A program made the position numbers and the translations under genes. Shown here piece by piece: positions 24,961-37,919 of a stretch of DNA of 64,000 nucleotides; within the stretch, counting starts at the first letter, position 1; each line of letters starts with the position of its first letter. Origin of the DNA: Amphiscolops sp. MND2022 (taxonomy: Eukaryota); contig OZ076409.1 in the NCBI GenBank assembly GCA_964187785.1, positions 56,794,001 to 56,858,000 on the forward strand. The letters are read 5' to 3'. Below the pieces are notes generated by a model. The model was not told where the DNA came from. It made no database searches and saw only the letters and a list, made by a program, of their open reading frames with translations.

Positions 24961-27136
24961 GTTGCTAATTCCATGTTAGATTAGGTCAACGTAGATTTGT
25001 TTCACCGATGACCCGTCTAAAAAATTTTCTCTGAAATCAGTTGAAATTGTAGAATAGGAGCGAGCCCAAAGGTAAACGTTTTGATGAACTCTATAGCATT
25101 AGACTTGCTATTGGTTAATTATATTTTCCATATTCAACCACATGTTTGATCACGTGATGAAAAAGTGGGTGTCTCTCAGAACCTCGCCAATAAAATTCCC
25201 CAACAACATCATAAACATATTTTTAGATGCCATTCCTCACACCGAGTTCGCCTTTAATCCCAGCGAATGCTAAGTGGCATGCCATTATTTTGCTAATTGA
25301 GAAATAACCCCCGAGGGGATGTTGATGATAAAAAAAATTAAGGACATTATTTCCACTGATTCAGTTGCGGTCAAGTTTTTTTTGTTTGTGCTGATTCAAG
25401 AGCGACAAAACGCCATGCATGCTTTTATAACAATTTTAACTTTTCCTGGAATATGAAAGCACAAATTCTGACGAAAAGGATATTTTCGCATGACGAAAAA
25501 CATCTCAACATGTAATGCCAAAGTTTGTTTTTATTGATGTTGACAAATATCTAAATATACATGCAACGTTAATGCTTGGTTTTTGGTTTTTATTGAAATG
25601 CATAGAAGTGACGTCATGAAAAGAAATCATGGAATTTTTGTCTCCCATGATTTGTTTTTTTTTTTAAAAAAAAATCATGTCAGCTTCATTCTTCCGAACT
25701 GAGATTCCTCTAAATCCCAAGGATGCGCACAGATGACCATCTCAGCTTTTTCCGATGAGAGTTGCTCAAGCCCATCTATGACCATTCGTAGGCTCATCGA
25801 CAGAAATCAATCACCTCTCAGAACTCTAGAAATTGCCCGAAAATGTTTTGTTTACTAAATTTTCATAACCTGGCGTTTTCAAATTATGCTCAAATAAAAT
25901 TAATTCTTTGAAGTTTATGTATAGCTATTTAAAGGTTACAATATAAAGATCAAAGGCTATTTGGCCATTTCGAATTTAATTTGAAGTTGTCAATTATTGC
26001 TTCATTTCTGCGAACAGAGTGTTGAATTGTATTTATCTTGCTCTCCTCCATTGAGGTTCAAAAGCTAAGACATTTTTGAAGCCGATTATGACCCGACCGA
26101 ATCAGCGTCATACTTGCAGCTTAATCAACCCATGTTGACAAGCTATGTGCTTCCAAGCATGTTCCATGTGAACGCCATGCATGGTCCATGTACATGGCCA
26201 TGGTTTTTTTCACATTGAATCGCATAGTCCATGCATGATCCATGCATGGAATCCAAAATCTCAAAAAAGCTGAATTAGCTCGGAAAAGGCTTTACAGAAC
26301 CATCTGAGGTACCAATCTCACATTGCCGAAATATCCGGTGGTGAAAATTCATAAAATTCTGTCGTTACCATAAAGTTGCTAAATTTCTAACTGGAATATA
26401 TGTTGTAGTATACTCAGTTTTTTGAAAAAAAGTAACTACAGATGTTAAATAGAGGTCGAGTATATTCAGCCGCCAACTGCCAGACATTCTCTAAAAAGGA
26501 AAACGTCTTGAGCACTCGATCAACGTGTACTTTTCTATTCAGCGCTCGTCTTCGTACGCAACGGCGGTTTTGCTCTGAATTATAAATTAAAATTATCATC
26601 TATGGCTGGTTATGCTAATTTGCACAAGAAGCAAAGTGACAGCCGATCAGTCAATTTGCACACCTGAGATCAAATTTGGTAATTTTGTCTTCTCGTCGTG
26701 CGTTCAGTTTGTATGTAAAAAATTATGGTGTTTTTTCACCAAGTATAACACTGCATCGACTGCACAGTTTAGCACGAAAGTTGTTTAACCAAACATATTG
26801 TTTTTATTCGTTGCACTTTCGATTTTTTCGAAGAAAGCAAAATCCTGAAAACTTTTTCAGATTATTTGGGAAAAAATGATTTCACGTCCTTATTTGACTT
26901 TCAGTTTCTCAATAATGATACATAAAAATCTTGAATTTTTTCTCGGAATATTATCGAAGAATATTTGTTGCTTTTAAAAAAATTCTTGTTCACTTCTTTT
27001 AGTCGCACCATGGTTAGAGTCACAAAAATGTTCGTTTTTTGTAAGTACATTTCAGGGAATTTTGGCAGTTGATTCAATATCGTTAATGCATCACTTTCTC
27101 ACCATTATATGTTTTTCCAAACATGAACTTTTGAAG

Positions 27137-27588
27137 GGTGTCAGGACATTTCATCCTATGCACTTTCAACCTATGCACTTTCAACCGTTGCCATTTCAAC
27201 CGCTCACAATTTCAACCTATTGCATTTTCAACCGTTCGCAAATTCGACCTAAACTAATTTTAGGTAATGGATCCTAATTAGTTACATAATTATTTTGGTG
27301 GTTTTAACTTTCATACATTTCTAAATTCAAATGTGCTAATTTTTACGCCAGTTTCAATACGTTTTGGCTAATTCATGAATAACTACAAATAATTAAGGCT
27401 GTTTGATTCATAAGTAATTATTACACTGAAAGAATAGCTCACCCGAATTAAGACTAAATAGCCAAAATCAGTTTAGGTTGAAATGGCGGACGGTTGAAAA
27501 TGCAATAGGTTGAAATTGTGAGCGGTTGAAATGACAACGGCTGAAAGTGCATAGGTTGAAATTGCATAGGACGAAATGTCATGTAACC
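27137..27588. mobile_element. foldback-type MITE (Mutator-like), ~120-bp modular TIRs, 9-bp TSD
   Basis: TIRs built from ~15-bp TTTCAACC units; CTTTTGAAG duplicated at 27128-27136 and 27589-27597. Confidence 0.85.
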
Positions 27589-29689
27589 CTTTTGAAGTAG
27601 CTCTTCAAAAAAATGAGTTTCAGAAAATCAAGATTCGAAGACGGTAGATGCTTAGAAACAACCTTATTCCATTTTCAGTTACTGATGAGCGCTATCTTGG
27701 TTTCCGTGAAAAGCGAAGTTTGAATTTTGCAGAAATTAAATGTTATGCTGACCAATCCTAAGACATATTCAAAGATTCTCCACAAATTGACAACGAGAGA
27801 ATTTGTCAAGTGAAACTTACTACTTGAATTCACAAAGAAATCTATCATAGTACATAATCCATAATTTTAATAAACCTTGAAATGTCAAACATGCGCCGTA
27901 TTTCGTCTCGAAATACTACAAAAAGATGAAAACACCGATGCAATCATTCATGACCAAAACCATGCTCCTTTTACTAGTTTGAGTTTCAACTGTTTACATG
28001 TATACACATATGCATTCCGAAACTTTCACTTGGTCAAAGAGTACCCCCTTGCTTTCATAGCTGATTTCGGCTTGAGAAAAGTAGATTTGCGAGCTGAAAC
28101 TTGATTTGCCATCATAGAACTTTACCGGAAAATATCCAACAATTGGATTTTTTTTCAGATTCCTCATGGTGAAAAAGCGGTTTCCTAGTCTCAGGCGTAT
28201 TTCTTGAGGTAATCTTCGGCACTAAGAAAATGGCAGAAACTTGAAATCAGGTCCTTTGCAAATTTCGGAAAACTGAGCGATCCCGGTTTGTTGTATAACT
28301 GCACATAGTTTCACCAGAAGTGTCAAAAATTGGAAATAGTTTTGACAACTTTGGGGTCAATTTGAGGAACTTTTCTAACATGAATCTAGAGATGTCTCTT
28401 GAAAAATAGGCCTAGTAGACTCCATGTTTAGTTGTTGTTGAATGTTTACACCATTCTAACCCACGAAGTAGCTTGAAACATTCTCCTTAGGTCAAAACCT
28501 TGAGATCGAAATTTAGGTTTTCGAGTAAAATTATCTGAAAGTTGTACAAGTTATCTGATATCTTTTCGAAACACTACCGGTAGCTACACGTTTCAATCCT
28601 GAGCCTTTGGTACTTCTGATTGAAGTAAATTTTCGGAAAGGGTCCAAAATTGGGACTATATTGTCGAAAATGAAAAACGATCGGAAACTTTAACGCCTTT
28701 TTTGTAAACTCGATGAACTTTATCCTACTTTTTCCCCAATTGCATTTGGAATACATTATTGCTTCAACGCTCAGGTCATTGGAAGTTCTATGCTTCAAAT
28801 CTTTCGTGGTTTGAACAAAAGTTGGCATTCGTTTGTCAAACAACGTGTTTTTTTGTTGTTTCATGGATTTCCGTGCGTTTTTGCGCTAATTCCAATAACA
28901 AATGCAGTTATCTCTTCAAAATTGCCTACTCGCGATACCCGGATTAGTCATTCTGCAGTTGTTCAAACCATTTATTGCAAGGAAGTCTTCCTTCCTTTAC
29001 TGAGTAGCTCAAGATTTGTACAAAAAACTGCCTAAAAAGGTAAGAAAAACTAGAAAATTCTCAGTTTGGGTTATTCTGGGGGAAACTTTCGACCATTAAG
29101 TAGGTAACGTTTTTGAAAAATGTGCTTCGGGCCTAGTTTCATCATCTGAAGCGTTTCGGAGCTTTTTTCAACCGAAATTATTCAATCTCAAACAAAAATT
29201 CACTGAAAATGTCAGAAACCGACAAAAATTTCGATATTTTTAAATCTGCGGTCAATTATTATCAGTTCATTCTTTGTCTTCGACATACGTCGGACTCCAA
29301 AACGATTCAAAAAGTACACAAGTTGCACAAAAACAAAGATGTTGAATCTATTCGACTCCTCTGGAGGGTTTGTGATGTGTTTTTGAAGCAAAACGCTGCA
29401 ATGTTCTGTTCAAAAAGGTAATGCATAGGTTGTTCTCTCGCTGTTGAGTTGCTTGTGTTGGAAATTAGAACGAAATCTTTCGGAAAGTGTACAGAAATTG
29501 CATCAAAAACGACAAAGCGTCAAGCATTTCGACATTTCAGGGTCAATTTGAGGGATTTTTCGTTTACAAATTGGGCTTATCTCGGGACAAAAGGTCACCG
29601 AAACAACAAGCTTGCCCATGCCTTAGGCGTGTTAACATTCTAGTGCACGAATTTTATCATTATTTTTCTGACAAAACGAACAAAAATAG

Positions 29690-30830
29690 TGCAAATCTGA
29701 AAAGTCTCGAAATTTTGTCTTTTTCGATGTCAATTCCGGACAGTTTTCGTTTGCAAATCTGCATTTATCTCTTTTTTAAGTATACTGGACAGCACAACAA
29801 CACATGCTTTCCTTGTTGACCATTTTCAACGTTCCAATTGACGAAGGCTGTCAAAAAGTGGGGAAAAATGCATAAAACCATGGACAATAAGAAAATTTCT
29901 AGATTTTTGTCATTTTCTGTGTCAATTTGAGACATTTTCACTCAGAAAAGTGCAACAAATTCTTCGGAAAAGCCTATTGGACAATACATTTTTACCTTGT
30001 TGACCCTTTTCAACGTTCCAATCCACAAAGTCGGTCGGAAATTTGGAAGAAAGTGCATAAATTTTGGAAATTATGAAAGTTTTGGAGTTTTTGTCATTTT
30101 CAGTGTCAATTTGAGACATTTTCATTTCCAAAAATGCAATAAACTCTTCGGAAAAGACTACTGGATAACCAACTTTTTTCTTGTTGGCCCCTTAACACTT
30201 TCCAATTCACGAAGTCTGTCAAAAATTTGACACAAAATGCGTAAAAACTTTGAAAAATGCAATTTTTGGAGTTTTTTGACTTTTTCGGTGTCAATTTGAG
30301 ATTTTTTTCATTTGGAAAACAGCAATTATCTCTTCGAAAATGCTTAAAACGAACTAGTACCATGTTGAGCGTTTTCAACATTCTAATCCAGCACTCTATC
30401 GGAAGTTTGACAAAAATTGCATAAAATTCTTAAAAATCGGGAAGTTTTCGATTTTTTGTCATTTTTGGGTCTTTTTCTCTCCTTAAAAAACAGCATTTAT
30501 CTCTTGATAAACGACTACTGGACAACGAATTTGTGCCTTGTTGAACATTTTCGACATTCTAATCCACGGAGTCTATCGAAAATTTGATAAAAATTACATA
30601 AAAATGAATAAAATCGGGATTTTTTTTTAGTGATCTTCGGTGGTAATTTGAGACTTTTTCATGCAGATAACTGCAATTATCTCTTCATAGAAGCCAATTG
30701 GACAACGAATTTGTGACTTGTTGAACGTTTGCAACATTCTTATCTATGATATCTATCAAAAAATTGACAAAAATTGCATTCAAACGTCAAAAAATGCAAA
30801 TGTTTTCAAACTTTCTCGTTTTTGGGTTCA
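29690..30830. repeat. degenerate tandem repeat, ~175-184-bp unit, about 6 copies
   Basis: CTTGTTGAC-like anchor recurs at ~29812, 29996, 30181, 30362, 30537 and 30717, with GTCAATTTGAG in most units. Confidence 0.75.
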
Positions 30831-32585
30831 TTTTTGGGTCATTCTGGGGTCCTTGGGGTCCACTGAAAAAGTCCAAAAATCTCCACAAATACATATCGCA
30901 CGGAGCTAAATTTTTGTGAGTCGAATTCTATGGGTAACACCCTTAAAGTTAAATATAAATTTGATGCTTGACTAATTTTGTAAAAAAAGCGTTCGATTTA
31001 AATATTTTCCTTTACCATATATGAAATATGGCGGAAAATAAAAAATTATACTGTTTCATACCTTGAGATAGTCAAATCCTAGTTCTCATGGCTTGAGAAA
31101 ACACCCACTGAGGTTTCAGTTAATTGGTTCTTGACATGTCGTTTGGTGATTTGAACACTGAGACTTTTTGATATGACTTTCCGATTTTAGCTAGCAAGAT
31201 TTGATAATCCAGCAGAAATTATATTTGCAGTTGGAAGTTCTCCGCGTTTTTTTACGTACGCGGAGATGCTTGAATCTTGCATCCAACCTTAAGAGAGATT
31301 AGGTTCCTCTTTTTTCTACGTTGATCTATGCTAATGCTTTATGTACATATGAAGTTCTAAATTGACTAACCTGACTGTCAATAATATGCTTAGTAGTTTG
31401 AGCCATTTTCTAAACTGCAGATCTAAAATTGTGGTTCTTATTTGGTTTGCAGCAATCAGCTGGATGAAGAATAGCTGAATGCGTTGAAAAGATTGGGCCG
31501 ATCCGATTACAGATTTGAATTTTTTTTCCGTTTTTCGCAATTTTAAAAAAATTCAAGGTGAATCTGAAATCCTTTTATCAGAAAATTTCCGAAACTTTCC
31601 ACTGTTATTAAGAAACTACAAATCTTGAGTGAACGAAACTTTTCATCAACTGTTTAAAGATGCAAATTCTTCAGTTCTAAGGTATCTATTTCATCTGATA
31701 TTCCATGTAAGTTGGACTGGAGAAACGCTCCGACGAGAAAAAGCATGAGAAAAACCAACTGTGTGTCAAACATGTTTCCGTAGACATAAATTTGATTAGT
31801 TCTTCTGACCTTGAACTGAATAACGAAATCGTGTCAGCTCTTTATGCAATTCACACCAAAATACTATTTTGGGATATATTATATTAGGATTTTTCTATAA
31901 GCCAAGTATCGATTGGTGGCACCAATCGATAATTGGCTTATAGAAAAATCCTAATATCTGTTTTCTATAAATCCAATAAATCCTTCAGTTGTTGTTTTCA
32001 AAAAAGAACAAAAAGAAAAAACAAAGAATTGGGGCTGTTTCAACTGAATAGATTTAACGGATCCCGGTCAAAACTGTTTATCCGAACGACTAGTAACACT
32101 TTAGAACACCCTGCCTGAAGCTGTAAAAAGTGGAAATATATGTTTATGCAACTGCTCAGCAGTAGTTTGAGGATATTTTTTCTGTAGATTTCATCAAGAG
32201 ATACATAGATCTGAATTGGGTGAAGATATTGGAGCACCTACAGAGGGCCAACGTAGAAGGGCCACTTTCAAAAAATTTGAACTTGATGAAATATAAAAAG
32301 ACAAGTTTGTGGAGTTTTTTGTGGAGTTAGAAGTTTCACACTTCTACAGTGTTTTCACGATGGAACTGATGACTGTTTTCATGTTTCATCGAATGCGCAT
32401 TAGTTTGAACTTCCACTTTTAATGGGTAATAATTTCCGATATTAAAATAATTTTGTGCACATTTACAAGTAATGCGGCTTTATTACAACTTCCAAACATT
32501 AATGGTTCAATCTTTTTTTCCATTTTCAATCTGAATCCAAGTGTTGATATCCTTATAATTGATTTATGATTTATCTGTGCTTCAG

Positions 32586-32736
32586 GGAAGAAAAAGACGA
32601 CGCCGTTTATCATCACCTGAGAGACCATCCGGGAATGAGGTTTTTCCCGTTCGGATTCGAAAACTTCGTGCTCATCAGTCGCACTGAAATCTGGGACGTG
32701 GAGAGCACTGCACCTAGTGTTCGACTCCAAACAGAG
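32586..32736 (+). CDS. PACC1: PACC1-like gene, internal exon (phase 2 to 0)
   Basis: ttcag|...GAG|gtgagc; only one frame is open: EEKDDAVYHHLRDHPGMRFFPFGFENFVLISRTEIWDVESTAPSVRLQTE, which aligns to recalled human FSGGFRTWVKMSLVKTKEEDGREAVEFRQE. Confidence 0.85.
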
Positions 32737-33402
32737 GTGAGCAATTAAAAAAACTTCATCAAACTATACAAGTGTTACCCCCAAACGCACTGATCTTTGC
32801 TCATATGTATCTCTTATTTTTTCTTTAAAAAACTTTGCAACGTAAACTTTATTCCATGGTTGTCATAAAGGCTGAATATAGCTGGGGGAAAGTATGAATT
32901 AATCAGCATATATAGAACAACTGTTGAAGCTCAAGCATTGTTTGATGGTATTGAATTTAAGAACCACGGCCTAATTGTTCAGAGAATAAATTCAACTGAT
33001 TCCTGGAACATTGTTGATGATGCCGACGTTTGCTAATACGGTTCATGTTCAACGAAACTTGGTTTTGAGCAAGTCCATGTCGCGGTTTATTCATAATTTA
33101 TACCATAAATTGTTTCCCATTTTTATGTTTCAAGCTCTAGGGGCATATAGAACTGCCCATTTCATCAATCATTTTTTGTCTTCTAAGGGGAAGACCCTTT
33201 GGAATTTTTGCAACACACAAAACACGACAACTGAATGTTTTGAAAAACTAATTAGGCCTTTCACAAAAACATGAATAAAAATTTGAAAGGAGTGTTGTAG
33301 CCTTGCTTGCATGTTAAAAATGAATGCAGGAGTGGAACACTTTCAATATGAAAAACGAAAACTCTTTGCTCAATAATAATCATCTAAGGCTCAGGAACTG
33401 GA

Positions 33403-33780
33403 AACAAATCGGGAGAAGCGTAAGTCGGCACCCGCTCAAGGCTCAAAAAACGATGCGTAGTTCAAGTCAATTTCGGACACAAAAAGGTCTGTCTGTTGAG
33501 TGAAAGTATCCAAAAATAAAAATGGACCTTTTAGTGAAATGGAAAAAAATCAAAAAAAAGTCGCATAGTGCCGAAAAAACAGAATAGAGCTTCGTAATTT
33601 GAATAAAAATGACAAAATGCGAAACGCAGGTCCCTTTGAAACATTTTAGTCCTCTTTATATTTCAGACGTATTGTAGATATTTCGGATATTTTTTTGGTC
33701 AATTCGACCGCCTTGACAAAAAACCAATCGAAAAGTCGCTACAATAGTCGCATTTTATTCCATGAAGCGCCAACTAAAAA
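33403..33780 (-). mobile_element. Helentron/DINE-1-like non-autonomous repeat
   Basis: Reverse-oriented diverged termini AACAAATCGGG...AAGTCGGCACC and GAAGCGCCAACTAAAAA. Confidence 0.55.
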
Positions 33781-33932
33781 TTTGACAAGTCCGCTGAGAA
33801 ATTTTTAGAACTTCATCAAAAATAAATGATAATTCAGTGTGACTTTTAAGATATTTCAATCGAATCATCTTATGCTATTAACTCGAGCAAACAATATATT
33901 AATATATCAATTTATCTCGAGTAATCAATAGT

Positions 33933-33998
33933 GCAATTTCAACTCAGAATGCCTAACTTTTCATATATGAAAAGTTAGGCATTCTGAGTTGAAATTGC
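33933..33998. repeat. perfect spacerless palindrome, 66 bp
   Basis: Arms mirror exactly about TCATA|TATGA (centre 33965/33966). Confidence 0.95.
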
Positions 33999-34617
33999 GC
34001 AAAATCGCACTATTGAAATTGCACAAAATTGTTTTCTTCAATCCCAAATGTGGAACCTCAAAATAATTGTACAGTAGGAATGCCCTGGTTGGAACTGCTT
34101 GAACTTTTTACGTTTTTGTAAGAAACGTCCATGCAACAAAATTTCACTGATTCACCTAAGTTACAAAAGTCGCAACTCTTGCAAAATTCTTACAAGAATT
34201 CTTGTAAGATCTTGTCAGAAAATGCATTTTTAGAATCTAACTCTTGCAAAAAAGTTGCAAGATTCGCATTTTTCTGATCAGAATAATACAAAAAATGCAT
34301 AAATCTGACATTTTTTTGCAATTCCTGCCTCAAAAAAATTGAACAGCTGCAAAGGAAAAAAACGATCTGTACGGGAAAAATGATACAAATGCCCATATTA
34401 CAGCATCTAGATTCTAAATTTTCAGAATGCCTTATTCGCATACTGAGCATTGTTTGATTTTATTGTTGTAAAGTTTTCGCGTAAAATATTACAGCCCTGC
34501 GTGGTGTCATTGCGTCTAAGAGAGCAATATCTTTCATTTTCAGCAGTCTCCTGACTAGTTGAAATGGGCTGGGGAAGAAATGAAACCGATGGTTAAATTT
34601 TGCTAGAGTTTTCAGGG

Positions 34618-35110
34618 TTTTTAGTCGGCGCTTTTCTTAAGAAAAGAGCCCGACTATTACAGTCACTCGTTTTTTTTCTTTTTTTTTATTTAAGACAGAC
34701 TCGAAGCGACGAACGTTAAAATTAACGTTCAACTACTAAATACAGTACTACTAAAACACTGGCAGCGCATTTGAGATAGTGCAAAGGTTCCCCCTTTTCA
34801 GTAAGTCCATTTTTCTCGTAAGATACAAAACAGGACGAGACTATAGGGTCCCCCCTTTGAGTTTTTTTTGGCACTGTGCGACTTTTTTTTCGAAATTTTT
34901 TTTGTCCCCAAAGGGTACCCCCTTCGAGTTTTTTGATATTTTGCAACGGAATGTATGTTAATAAATCCAGAAGGATCCCCCTTTTACATTTTTTGGCACT
35001 ATGCGACTTTTTTTGAAAGAAAAAAAATTTTCAAAAATTTCAATTTTTTTCCAAAAACTTTTTTTGCGCTTTTTGAGCCTCAGATATGGCGCCGACTTTA
35101 GACGTTCCCG
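34618..35110 (+). mobile_element. Helentron/DINE-1-like non-autonomous repeat
   Basis: 5' TTTTTAGTCGGCGC; 3' GGCGCCGACTTTAGACGTTCCCG. Confidence 0.65.
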
Positions 35111-35499
35111 TATCTATCAGTTTTCTATCAGACATTCCATAGGTGGTTTTGTAGTATTTTTACTGATTTTCTTCATCACAGCAGCTGACAGCAGGTTTGG
35201 GTCAGAACCGTTAGAAAGCCCGCGAGTTGTGTTTTCATTTGGTACCATGTTCATATTCCTATCATTATTAGTTGAGGAGTTCTCGAAATTTTTGTCCGGA
35301 GTTTCAGAGCTGGAACACATTATAATAATTTTTGGGGTAAAATTGCATGTAAATTCTTCTTGCTTAAAATTAACAATTTGGACCCTTTTGCCGGGATCCT
35401 GGTACAATTTGTGCATTGTAAACGGCAACTGTGGCTGTTGTGACTGGCAGTGTGATGATTTTTGATTTTTTGGTCGAAACAACACTTCACATTTTTTGT

Positions 35500-36043
35500 A
35501 AGAACTGCTTGAACTTTTTACATGCTGCATGGAAACATGCAGGCTATTTTTTTTTATAATACATGGAAAATTCCGGGACCGTGTATGGAAACATTTTGTA
35601 GGATTACAATGCAGCCTTTACTATTTGAATTAAAACTGAAAACAATTCCACTTCTTCGCCACAGCGATCACTTTGTTTTCACGTGTAAGTTTCTCATGTA
35701 AGTACCTTATGTAATCACCGTTAGCCAAATAGCACGCTGATTATGACGCTCTTTTGAAACTTATAATGTGACTAAAATTTGTTTGCATTGAAAGCGCGGT
35801 AAAATCGATTAAGGTCTCAGCTGCTTTCAAAGTTAGAACGGCGTCTTTATGAAACTTGCAAAACGTCGCGGCGCAGAATTGCCGCCAAATTTAAGATGCA
35901 TTTTATAGGCAGCTTGATAAAATTAAATCGAATCAGTGAAGATTTAATGCATGGACATTTCTTTGAGAATTTTATAAAATCATGGAAACTTAGCTTGGTA
36001 ACCTACAAAAACATATAAAAAGTTCAAGCAGTTCCAACCAGGG
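35500..36043 (-). mobile_element. internally deleted relative of the Tc1-like element at 21287
   Basis: 35700-36043 is the reverse complement of ~21287-21630. TIR AAAAGTTCAAGCAGTTCCAACCAGGG; a matching inverted TIR copy also starts at 34083. Confidence 0.7.
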
Positions 36044-36207
36044 TCGCTAAAACCGTCTGTGGATAACAAAACATGTAGTTTTCCTTCATGGATCTTCACG
36101 GATGAATCATAGGATCGCATCAGAGCCATGGTCATGGATGATTAGCCATGATTCGAATGTAGTACAAAAACGCCATGATTCGAATGTTATTCCATGCTCG
36201 AGTCATG

Positions 36208-36431
36208 GGATCTTTTCTGTTAATTTCTCCCCGCCGATTTAATTCCCCCCCCCCACTGATTTAACCCCCCCCCCCAGTTAAGCGGTCAAGAGAAATCATC
36301 AGTGAAGTGATAGTAACAACCCATCAAATTGTAGTATTTTATAGCTCTAACTGCAACTGCAACTCATCGCTGATAGTGGCGGGTAATTAAAATTTTCGCT
36401 ATTACTGTGGGGGGATTAAAAGAAAAGATCC
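36208..36431. mobile_element. small MITE with 8(-9)-bp TSD
   Basis: TIR GGATCTTTTC...GAAAAGATCC; GAGTCATG duplicated at 36200-36207 and 36432-36439; inserted in a CATG-rich repeat. Confidence 0.8.
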
Positions 36432-36856
36432 GAGTCATGATCATGGATGAAAAGCCGTGAATGAGCCTCGATGGTCAATCTGGGATATCATGGTTAATCT
36501 TCCATGATGATTTTCATTATGTTCGAATTATGGATAATCGTCTGTTGTGATTTTCTTCACATCTTTTTGTGATTTTTCTGGCTGATCTCTAAACTCTTAA
36601 CAGGTCTTGTCAAAGGGCCCCTTGTTTGATCTGGTTGGAGACAATTTTCTATAGAGCATATTTTCTTTCCTATGAATTCGAATTTTTCGGCACGGTTCAA
36701 AACGTTCTCATGTGTTGGTAGGTGGTATGGCGTGGTTTCAATCCCGCATTTAGGCTAGTTATATTTTGCTTTCTTCATTTCGTAGATACCCTTGAAAAGG
36801 AGATATCCTGTTCATTAAAAACTTTGTGATAAAGGTAATAAATTGCGTTGTTTTAG

Positions 36857-37030
36857 ACGAGTCTCTCGCTCATTGACAAGAAAGGATTCATTGGACAGAA
36901 GAACACGAGTAAGTTCCAGGTCGAAGTTCAGTGGAAGGACGGGTTGGTGACCCAGGTCAAGAGTGTCATCACTGCCACAATCTGGAGTTCAGTCTCCGTA
37001 GTCTGCACTATGATGCTCATGCTTGAGAAG
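36857..37030 (+). CDS. PACC1: PACC1-like gene, TM2 exon (phase 0 to 0)
   Basis: ttttag|...AAG|gttaat; TSLSLIDKKGFIGQKNTSKFQVEVQWKDGLVTQVKSVITATIWSSVSVVCTMMLMLEK matches recalled human VVFEWKDPFIQKVQDIVTANPWNTIALLCGAFLALFK without gaps. Confidence 0.9.
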
Positions 37031-37301
37031 GTTAATTTGGGGTCAAAAGAAACAACCTATCATTTTTTAAATAGTCTATTTAAATATATTTTGACTTCCT
37101 TGTCGAATTAAATTGATTGAAAACTTTGTATGCCAGGAAATGAGAGTAATGCGAAAAAGGTAGTTCGAAGTCTAAAATTTGAAATTCAATTAATTGGGGC
37201 TGATAAATTTAAGCAGCAAGTGGATTTTTTTAGAGACTTCACTCCATTAAATATATCCTACATTCAATCAAAAAGGGTTTCAAGTTCCTGTTTTTTGCCA
37301 G

Positions 37302-37919
37302 GCCTATGGATATGGGACCCGAATCTATGCATCCATCAAATCGGAGAGGGAGAAGAAAAAAATCAACAAGCAAATGCGACAACAGAGAGAGCTACAACGA
37401 GGAAGCATGGAACTAAACATCAACAAAAATGCTGCCACCACGAAACTCGAAAATTGCGACTATTTCAGAGTTCCAACCAATTTGAGCAACAATCATAACA
37501 CCTCTGTGGCTCCTTCCGCTGACAGTAAAGTAGAAAATGGAGGACCCTGTGGGCACAATGGCACCCTAAACCAGAACTCAAACTCAAACTCGATCCAAAC
37601 AAGCCAGAATAGCATTCTCAACTCCAGATACACCTCTTCCCCTCAAGAGGTCACCCCAAATTGTGATGCCCATAAGGATCACCCTGATTCAACCGAAGGA
37701 TGGGAAGTTCCGCAGTCACAGTCAGAACACCAGTCACCGCTACCCCCGCCATCATTTGAGCACCTGATGAACGGGAACTGTAACAACCCCCTGATACAAA
37801 GAGACAGAAGAATATCAGCCATTAATCTCAGCAGACTCCAACGAAACATGGTAGAAATTTGCTCAATCATGAAAGAAAGTGGTATTCCCTTTAGTATAGA
37901 CAATGAAAACAATAATTAA
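37302..37919 (+). CDS. PACC1: PACC1-like gene, terminal exon (205 aa cytoplasmic tail)
   Basis: ttttttgccag|GCC; AYGYGTRIYASIKSEREKKKINKQ continues in frame into ORF 37374-37919; stop TAA at 37917-37919. Confidence 0.85.
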   Translation, partial: AYGYGTRIYASIKSEREKKKINKQMRQQRELQRGSMELNINKNAATTKLENCDYFRVPTNLSNNHNTSVAPSADSKVENGGPCGHNGTLNQNSNSNSIQTSQNSILNSRYTSSPQEVTPNCDAHKDHPDSTEGWEVPQSQSEHQSPLPPPSFEHLMNGNCNNPLIQRDRRISAINLSRLQRNMVEICSIMKESGIPFSIDNENNN

